A stretch of 43,848 nucleotides of DNA from Winogradskyella sp. GTDB lineage: Bacteria; Bacteroidota; Bacteroidia; Flavobacteriales; Flavobacteriaceae. This document shows positions 36,907 through 43,848 of this stretch, one piece after another. Under the pieces are notes generated by a model. That model had not been told where the DNA came from. It did no database searches and saw only the letters and a program-made list of their open reading frames with translations. The stretch is from positions 1 through 43,848 of the forward strand of contig JAGQZO010000021.1 of the NCBI GenBank assembly GCA_020435515.1. Direction: 5' to 3'. The first letter of the stretch is position 1. Each line of letters begins with the position of its first letter. Both the position numbers and the translations under genes were made by a program.

Positions 36907-38805
36907 TTATTCTTGTATTTTAAGTATGAATGATTCTAAAGGTTTAATATCGACGCGTACCTCAGCCTTTCCATCTTCAACTTTTAAAACAGAGGTATAA
37001 TTGCCGTAGAGCTCATCCTTAACTTCATATTCGCCATCGCTAAGTCCTAATTTTTTGACTAAATCCTCAGGCAATTGTAGTTCAAATCCATAGGTATTAT
37101 CTGCATTAAAGTTTGAAACAATAATTAATTGCTCGTCATCACTCCATCGCACAAAACTCAAAACTTTGTCATTGTACCATTCTGTGTTTTGTTGGTTGTA
37201 TAGATGGATATCCTGATAATTCCCCATTAAAGCCGAACTGTTAATCGTAAAATTGAGCAAGCGCTTGTAAAAGTCTCTTAACGCTAGTTCTTCGGCTGTG
37301 GATTGGCCACCATCAAATTGTTTGTTATTGACCCAACGTACCACACTTGGCACGCTACCATAATCGAAAATAGACGTACGTGTTGGATCGCCAAAGCCTA
37401 AATCTTCTTCGGCTTTTTCACCAAACTCTTGACCAAAATACACCATGGTTGGTGCGGTTGTAGATGTAGCAGAAACGACCATTGCTGGTTTTCCTTTTTG
37501 CGCATTGCCAGCAAAATCTGGACTTGCAATACGTTGCTCATCGTGGTTTTCTAAAAAGTGAAGCATATGATGCTCTATATCTTTTAAATCCTCTTGAATT
37601 GGTGGAATATTGTACGTACTTCCGTGACCTTGAATTACGTGTTTTAGCGTATCGTACAATTGCACCTTGTCATACAGGTAATCCATTTTTCCTTTTTTGA
37701 TGTAATCTCTGTACAAGCTTGGATTGTAAACCTCAGCCAGTAAAAAAGCATCTGTATTTTTCATTTTGATATTTGAATTCATATAACTCCAAAATTCAAC
37801 TGGCACCATTTCTGCCATATCAAATCGGAAGCCATCGACACCTTTTTCTGTCCAGTACAAAGCGATATTCTTAAATTTCACCCAAGAACTCGGTACGGTT
37901 TTGTCCTTCCAAAATTCATAGTGTTTTTTATAATCTTCATTATCAAAACCTTCAGGCAATTCGTCAAAATCTTTTTTCCCATCAGGACTCACGCCATAAT
38001 TCACTTTTACGGTTTCGTACCAATCGTTCATATCTGGTTTTGAAGCTCGTGATCCATTACCTGTCCATTTTGCAGGAATTTCTTCAAACTTACCATCGGC
38101 TAAAGGATGGTTTTCGCCACCTAGAGGTTGATACCCATTTTTCCAATCTGGGACTTCGAAAACTTCACCTGGATTGTAATAAAAGTTATTATTGGCTGCG
38201 TAAGTCACGGTTTTGTCATCTTCTGCACCAAAATCTGTTGTGCCTTCTGGGTTGGTTAGGCTTTGGTAGTTTCTCGCTACGTGATTTGGCACGATATCTA
38301 TTAATACTTTTAAACCCGCTTTGTGCGAACGTTCGATTAAAGCTTCAAATTCTTGAAGTCTGTTCTCTACATTTTCAGCTAAATCAGGATTCACATTATA
38401 ATAATCCTTAACAGCATAAGGTGAACCGGCTCGACCTTTTACTATATCTGGATCGTCATTTGAAATGCCATATTTAGTATAGTCAGTAATCAAATCGTGA
38501 TGCGGCACACCTGTGTACCAAATGTGAGTGATTCCTAAATCTTTGATTTCGGCAAGTGCTTTGTCCGTAAAGTCGTTGAATTTACCAACTCCATTTTCTT
38601 CTAAAGTTCCCCAAGGTTTGTTGGTTGTATTAGTGTTACCAAATAAACGGGTAAAAACTTGATATACGACTTCTTTCTTTTTCATTTTTTGCTTCACTGA
38701 ATTGGTCTTTAATTCACTATTAACCGGGTCTGAATTGTTTTCGTTTTTACAACTGAAAGCAATTGTTGCGATTAAAATTAGAGTAATTATACTTTTTGAA
38801 CGCAT
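36907..38805 (-). CDS. GH13 alpha-amylase/alpha-glucosidase family lipoprotein
   Basis: YQVFTRLFGN, KGRAGSPYA, DIVPNH, GFRFDMAEMV, LAEVY, ENHDE; lipobox AFSC. Confidence 0.93.
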   Translation of the reverse strand: MRSKSIITLILIATIAFSCKNENNSDPVNSELKTNSVKQKMKKKEVVYQVFTRLFGNTNTTNKPWGTLEENGVGKFNDFTDKALAEIKDLGITHIWYTGVPHHDLITDYTKYGISNDDPDIVKGRAGSPYAVKDYYNVNPDLAENVENRLQEFEALIERSHKAGLKVLIDIVPNHVARNYQSLTNPEGTTDFGAEDDKTVTYAANNNFYYNPGEVFEVPDWKNGYQPLGGENHPLADGKFEEIPAKWTGNGSRASKPDMNDWYETVKVNYGVSPDGKKDFDELPEGFDNEDYKKHYEFWKDKTVPSSWVKFKNIALYWTEKGVDGFRFDMAEMVPVEFWSYMNSNIKMKNTDAFLLAEVYNPSLYRDYIKKGKMDYLYDKVQLYDTLKHVIQGHGSTYNIPPIQEDLKDIEHHMLHFLENHDEQRIASPDFAGNAQKGKPAMVVSATSTTAPTMVYFGQEFGEKAEEDLGFGDPTRTSIFDYGSVPSVVRWVNNKQFDGGQSTAEELALRDFYKRLLNFTINSSALMGNYQDIHLYNQQNTEWYNDKVLSFVRWSDDEQLIIVSNFNADNTYGFELQLPEDLVKKLGLSDGEYEVKDELYGNYTSVLKVEDGKAEVRVDIKPLESFILKIQE

Positions 38806-38806
38806 A

Positions 38807-41287
38807 TTAGTTGTTAAGCTTTATTTTGATTTCTTTCTCTGTTGAAGTAACCCAAGTTACATTAAGTGTTAGGGTTTTATATTTTGAATTATAAGTTCCA
38901 TTAACCTTTTCATTTCCTATTTTGATTTTCTTTGGTTCATTTTTAATGTTGTGAATGGTTAACTCGATGGTTTTCACTCCAGTTGAATAGTTAGCTCCCG
39001 TTTCTGCTTCAAAATCTATTTCTAACCATCTCCCTTCTTGCTCTGCTTCAAATTCTAAAATTTGATAAGCTCCTTTTTCATAGGCATTCGCTGTCTTTCC
39101 ATCATCAAAATAAAAGGCTCTTTCAGATTCTTTGATAGAACTGTCGTGGTAATATTGTAGCTGAAATGTTGTGTCATCATAATCTTCGGTAGTTTGCACC
39201 ATCTTAGTTAATGGTATAAAAGCACCTGCTCTGACATAAACCGGAATAAAGTCTTCTCGCAACTGAACGGTTTTTGCTGTGCCTCCTTCTGTAATCTTAT
39301 CGGTTTCAATATCAAACCATTTTGAACCTTTTGGAAAGTAAACTTCTTGCTCTTTTTTTCCGGCTTCCAAAACTGGTGACACCAAAATATCGTTTCCCCA
39401 TAAATAGGTTTTTGAATAATTGAATAACTCTGAATTGTTAGGTTCTTCAAACAACAGCGGACGCATTAAAGGCTTGCCATATTTATGATTTTCATACACC
39501 AAATTATAGTTATAAGGCAATAACCTGTAACGCATTGCAATGGCAAAACTTGCCAATCGCTTGGCTTTTTCACTTCTAAAAACAGGCTCACTCGGTACAT
39601 CTTCTTGTGCGTGTGGCCTAAAAATGGGATTGAACGCTCCATACTGCAACCAACGCACATACAATTCATCATCTAAATTAGCACCTGCAAAACCACCCAA
39701 ATCACTATGCATGTATGCCAAACCTTGCATTCCCATTTGAAGCGCGATTTCTGGTTGACTTTGCAAGCCTCCCCAAGTTCGGTTAACATCACCTGACCAA
39801 GGGACCATTCCGTAGCGTTGGCTACCAGAATAACCAGCGCGCATTAGAATAAATGGTCTTGTTTCTGGGAAATCGCGTTGGTAACCTTCGTGGATTAAGC
39901 GTACCCAATCGTGACCGTAAATATTATGCACTTCGGAAGCCGAACCAGTATGATGTTGAACCCAATCTGGATGTACTTCTGGCTCACCTAAATCCCCCCA
40001 AACACCAGCCACACCTTTGTTGGCTAAATCTTTGTAAATATCCCAAAACCATTGTTCTCCTTCTGGTTTGTATATGTCAATTATTCCAGTATATCCAAAG
40101 TAAAAATCATATTTTGCATCATTACCAACAGAATCTTTAGCTAGTATATTTTTAGCGACTGCCTCATCCCATTTTTTTGACGTCGTCAATACAAAAGGTT
40201 CTGTAATTGGAATTGTTTTGACGCCATTATCTTTGAGACGTTTTACCATACCTTCAAAATCTGGAAACGAATCTCTAAAGACTTCAAGATTTCCCATTGT
40301 GCCTTTAAGTTCTTTGCCAAACCAATATAAGTCTAAAATAATGGCATCAACAGGAATTTTTTCTTCTTTGAATTTTGCTATGGTTTGTTCAACTTCTTCT
40401 TGCGAATGATACCCAAATCGGCTTGAAAAATTACCCAATGCCCAGCGTGGTAACATGGGCTGTTTCCCTGTTAGCTTGGTATAATTATTCAGCATATCAT
40501 ACCACGAATCTCCAACAATGATTTGATAGGTTTTTCGGCCTGAAATGGTTTCGTAGGTCAAAGTGTTATCGCCTTTGCTATCTAGATCCAAATAGCCAAC
40601 TGGCGCGTTGTCAAAATGAATCATATATTGATTGGAAGACAATACAATTGGCATTGTGTAGTTCATCAATTCGCTGCGGGTTTCGTAACCGTAATGTGCT
40701 CTATTAAACAGCGGTAAACGATGTCCTCTACGATTCATTCCCAAAGCTCTTGCTCCACCTCCGTACAACACTTCTTCTTTTGATAGATTGAATTCTATTT
40801 TCTCGGTGGAATCGGCAATGATGTTGCCTTTAACCATCTCCATTGGTTGGTGTTTACTTTTGTAGTAGCCACGTTTTTCTGAAGTTATAAGTTTACCACC
40901 ATAAAAATAATGAATCTTAAATGGTGATTTCTGGATTTTTACCGCAATATTATTGTTGCAGTTAATGTCTTCTACACACTCTCTAAGTGCAAAAAGGGTA
41001 TTAAACTCTATAATAGTTTTGTCTTCTTTTAAGTCCATTACCCATGGTTCTGTTTTCGGTTTCATAACTACTGCATGAGAACTTGGGTTATAAGTCTCCC
41101 CTTTTGGAATGAAAGACACTTCCATTATTTCTTTCGAATAAAGCCTAAATTCATAATGACCTTCATTAGTAATTACTTCGAATACTCCATCTTTGAAATT
41201 ATGCGATTGGTAAATACGGTTAAGGTTTTGTGCAGTTATCGAAACTGAAACAAAAAAAATTGATATGTATATAATGATGTATTTCAT
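38807..41287 (-). CDS. GH31 alpha-glucosidase/transglucosylase
   Basis: SRFGY, LDLYW, WGDLGEPE, WSGDV, HSDLGGF, RPHA; signal peptide. Confidence 0.93.
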   Translation of the reverse strand: MKYIIIYISIFFVSVSITAQNLNRIYQSHNFKDGVFEVITNEGHYEFRLYSKEIMEVSFIPKGETYNPSSHAVVMKPKTEPWVMDLKEDKTIIEFNTLFALRECVEDINCNNNIAVKIQKSPFKIHYFYGGKLITSEKRGYYKSKHQPMEMVKGNIIADSTEKIEFNLSKEEVLYGGGARALGMNRRGHRLPLFNRAHYGYETRSELMNYTMPIVLSSNQYMIHFDNAPVGYLDLDSKGDNTLTYETISGRKTYQIIVGDSWYDMLNNYTKLTGKQPMLPRWALGNFSSRFGYHSQEEVEQTIAKFKEEKIPVDAIILDLYWFGKELKGTMGNLEVFRDSFPDFEGMVKRLKDNGVKTIPITEPFVLTTSKKWDEAVAKNILAKDSVGNDAKYDFYFGYTGIIDIYKPEGEQWFWDIYKDLANKGVAGVWGDLGEPEVHPDWVQHHTGSASEVHNIYGHDWVRLIHEGYQRDFPETRPFILMRAGYSGSQRYGMVPWSGDVNRTWGGLQSQPEIALQMGMQGLAYMHSDLGGFAGANLDDELYVRWLQYGAFNPIFRPHAQEDVPSEPVFRSEKAKRLASFAIAMRYRLLPYNYNLVYENHKYGKPLMRPLLFEEPNNSELFNYSKTYLWGNDILVSPVLEAGKKEQEVYFPKGSKWFDIETDKITEGGTAKTVQLREDFIPVYVRAGAFIPLTKMVQTTEDYDDTTFQLQYYHDSSIKESERAFYFDDGKTANAYEKGAYQILEFEAEQEGRWLEIDFEAETGANYSTGVKTIELTIHNIKNEPKKIKIGNEKVNGTYNSKYKTLTLNVTWVTSTEKEIKIKLNN

Positions 41288-41298
41288 AATTATAAAAT

Positions 41299-41324
41299 AG
41301 ATTCCTGCCTTCGCAGGAATGACA
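41299..41324. repeat. REP-like palindrome AGATTCCTGC-CTTC-GCAGGAATGACA
   Basis: Perfect 8-bp stem ATTCCTGC (41301-41308) / GCAGGAAT (41313-41320), 4-nt loop, in a 44-bp spacer. Confidence 0.7.
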
Positions 41325-41331
41325 AGGGCAA

Positions 41332-42294
41332 TTAATTATTTCCTAACAAAAACAACAAGGGTTGGTCCAACCTTGCATTCCAAGAATTTTCAGAATGGTC
41401 TGTGCCTTCAAAAAATAAATTCTTGGCATTGTTTTCAGTATATCCTTTTTGTTTTAATATGTCGTCAACTCTTGGTGCGTATTGCGGGTAATGTTCGTCT
41501 AAAGTTTTGTTACCGTAATCGAAGTACAATTTGTGTTGTCCTGCTTGCGGCAAATTGGCTTCCATATATTTAAAAATGGCATCTGGATACGGATTATTGT
41601 CCATTGGCATTGCACCAACCCAATGTGTAGATACACAGGCTGCACCACCAAACACATCTGGGTATTCGCAAAGAGCATACATAGACATTAACCCTCCCAT
41701 ACTTGAGCCCATTACAAATGTATGTTCTTTGTCAGTATACACCGAATATGCGCTATCAATTACTGGCTTTAATTCTTCAACGATAAACTTTAAATAGTTG
41801 TTACCATTAAGCTTAAAATCTTTTGAGCCTGCAATACTTTTAAGTTCTGACTTTACCTCTTCAGAAATGTAATTATGTGCTTTTTGGGGAAATAAATCTT
41901 GCCAACGAATGTCTGCAATATTATAAACACCAACTACAATAAAATCTTTAGTTTTTCCTTCTGACATTAATTTTGAAGCCCATTCATCTACCTTCCATTC
42001 TTGCTTGTTCCAAGTTGTGGTACTATCAAACAACATTTGGCCATCGTGCATATATAAGACATTGTACTTTTTGTCTTCGGAATAGTCTTCAGGCAACCAA
42101 ATATCAACTGGTCTTGGCTTAATGTATTCTGATGGAAAATCTTCTACTCGCAACAATTTTCCTGAAGCTAATTTTGCATCTTCAACAACTTTGAATTCAA
42201 CCACATATTCTTCTTCTGTTTCTTGTTTTTTAGTTTCTTCTTTACAGGAAAATGCCAATACAGTAAAACAAAGTATGATGCCTAAATATCTCAT
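41332..42294 (-). CDS. Alpha/beta-hydrolase (Fes/IroE-like esterase) lipoprotein
   Basis: YMHDGQ, GSSMGG, DHSE; lipobox AFSC. Confidence 0.88.
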   Translation of the reverse strand: MRYLGIILCFTVLAFSCKEETKKQETEEEYVVEFKVVEDAKLASGKLLRVEDFPSEYIKPRPVDIWLPEDYSEDKKYNVLYMHDGQMLFDSTTTWNKQEWKVDEWASKLMSEGKTKDFIVVGVYNIADIRWQDLFPQKAHNYISEEVKSELKSIAGSKDFKLNGNNYLKFIVEELKPVIDSAYSVYTDKEHTFVMGSSMGGLMSMYALCEYPDVFGGAACVSTHWVGAMPMDNNPYPDAIFKYMEANLPQAGQHKLYFDYGNKTLDEHYPQYAPRVDDILKQKGYTENNAKNLFFEGTDHSENSWNARLDQPLLFLLGNN

Positions 42295-42296
42295 CG

Positions 42297-43847
42297 TTAT
42301 AGTTTTGTCGTTAGAATTGTAACCCCTTTAGATTTTAGTTCTAAAACTTCTCCCCATTTTACCATTTCGCCAGTAATCACATTTTTAAGTGTCTTTCCTT
42401 TTAATCCCATTTCCTTTTGATAATTTAGGTCTATGGTGATAATATCTTCGTTCTTATTTAAAATTAAAACCACTGTTTCATCACCTAAAGTGCGGTATAA
42501 AAAGTACGTCCCTACAAATGGTGCAAAATGAACGGTTTTTCCTTCGTGAATAGCTTCACTATCTTTCCTGTAATTGAATAGCTTTTTAATGAACGACTGC
42601 ATATCTCTCTGCTCATCGGTTAAGCCTTCACCAGTAAATGCGTTGACAGCATCACCTTCCCAACCACCAGGAAAATCAGTTCGAATGAGTCCGTGGTCTC
42701 CTGGTTTTTCAAAATCATTCATTAAAATTTCTGTACCGTAATACATCTGAACAATCCTTGGCATAACAGCATAAGTTGCTATTGCCATTTTGGTATTGGT
42801 AATATTTCCATCCATTTGGGTGAAAATACGGCTCATATCGTGGTTGTCTGGGAACACCATAATATCTTTAGGACTTGCATAATGAAAATCATTTGCTAGA
42901 CCTTCGTAAATTTTCACCAAACCTTTGTCCCAGGCTTCTTCTTCTTTTACGCCTTGAACAACTAAATTTTGCATCGCAAAGTCCATCGAAGATCTTAAAT
43001 TAGAATCATAACCATCTCTATTATTGGCGCCTTCTTGCCAGTAACCAATTAATAATGGGTTGTAGCTCCACTCCTCGCCTACGATACTAAAGTTTGGATA
43101 TTCTGTCATAATGGCTCCTGCCCAATCACTCATAAAATCCTTATCTGGATAAGGATAGGTATCTTGACGTATACCACCAAGCTGTGCATTTTCAATCCAC
43201 CAAATACTATTCTGAATAATGTATTTGGCCATAAACGGATTTTTTTGATTTAAATCTGGCATTGTAGCCACAAACCAGCCTTGAGACATCCCATCGTAAT
43301 CTGCTTTTGAAGCATATATATCTTGATTTGTGGTACGTCTGTGGTTAGAATTTATGGTATAATCATTTCCCCAATTTTCTAGGTTTTCCTCGTAATTTTC
43401 TTGAAGGTTAATCCAATCTTTAAAAGGAAGGTCTTTCATCCACCAATGGTATAATCCACAATGGTTGGCAACTTGATCCATAATCAACTTCATTCCTTTT
43501 TCTTGAAGCTTGTTTGATAACGTTTTATATTCTTCTAAAGTTCCGAAACGAGGGTCAATTTGATACAAATCCGTAACTGCATAACCGTGATATGAACCAC
43601 GTTTCATATCGTTAGTTAACAAAGGTTGTGGCCAAACTGCGGTAAATCCCAAATCATAAATATAATCTATATGAGACGTTATCCCGGCAATATCACCTCC
43701 GTGCCTTGCATAATCATCATTTCTATCGATGGTTTGTTCTTGCAATTGTGGTTGTCCTTCAATACCAGCTGGTGTGTCATTAGCTGTGATGCCATTAACA
43801 AAACGGTCAGGTGTAATGAGATAAATGGCATCAGAACTATCGAAACC
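42297..43847 (-). CDS. GH13 neopullulanase/cyclomaltodextrinase (SusA-like), 5'-partial
   Basis: Frame open to the window edge (GFDSSDAIYLITPDRFVNG); SYHGY, DQVANH, GIRQDTYPY, VGEEW, DNHD. Confidence 0.92.
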   Translation of the reverse strand, partial: GFDSSDAIYLITPDRFVNGITANDTPAGIEGQPQLQEQTIDRNDDYARHGGDIAGITSHIDYIYDLGFTAVWPQPLLTNDMKRGSYHGYAVTDLYQIDPRFGTLEEYKTLSNKLQEKGMKLIMDQVANHCGLYHWWMKDLPFKDWINLQENYEENLENWGNDYTINSNHRRTTNQDIYASKADYDGMSQGWFVATMPDLNQKNPFMAKYIIQNSIWWIENAQLGGIRQDTYPYPDKDFMSDWAGAIMTEYPNFSIVGEEWSYNPLLIGYWQEGANNRDGYDSNLRSSMDFAMQNLVVQGVKEEEAWDKGLVKIYEGLANDFHYASPKDIMVFPDNHDMSRIFTQMDGNITNTKMAIATYAVMPRIVQMYYGTEILMNDFEKPGDHGLIRTDFPGGWEGDAVNAFTGEGLTDEQRDMQSFIKKLFNYRKDSEAIHEGKTVHFAPFVGTYFLYRTLGDETVVLILNKNEDIITIDLNYQKEMGLKGKTLKNVITGEMVKWGEVLELKSKGVTILTTKL

Positions 43848-43848
43848 T

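Noticed and set aside
875-42322. Short ORFs of 61-129 aa in the track that overlap long genes (for example 875-1093, 6118-6348, 17823-18128, 34387-34776, 38040-38411, 39208-39450)
   Set aside because: Antisense or alternate-frame shadows of well-supported genes with no recognisable motifs
1-43848. tRNA, rRNA, CRISPR array, IS transposase or integrase
   Set aside because: No such signatures recognised; intergenic spaces are short and largely accounted for

Overview
AT-rich chromosomal window from a Flavobacteriaceae-like bacterium (Bacteroidota), judged from TAnnTTTG promoters, gene content and many lipoproteins. In order: a partial outer-membrane protein gene and a divergent glycosyltransferase cluster (GT2, membrane GT2, GT-C) with back-to-back ECF-type promoters; small genes; a polyamine operon (speA, speB, deoxyhypusine-synthase-like gene, acidic protein) preceded by an unannotated 55-codon leader ORF; an accessory patch (cassette-like SMI1/KNR4 gene, frameshifted serine hydrolase, AraC-GyrI regulator, transglutaminase-like protein); a housekeeping run (pseudouridine synthase, UbiA/DGGGPS-like, mevalonate kinase, mvaD, DUF1697, HI0933); a candidate nucleotide-signalling locus (beta-propeller lipoprotein, phosphoesterase/kinase-like/Omp85-barrel fusion, SelO, HD-Pycsar-effector fusion, GAF protein with a cryptic class III cyclase-like C-terminus); and the distal part of an alpha-glucan utilisation locus (GH97, four GH13, GH31, esterase). 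Several short REP-like repeats occur, three of them inside reading frames. No rRNA, tRNA, CRISPR array, transposase or integrase was recognised. All calls come from motif reading by eye; no searches were run.
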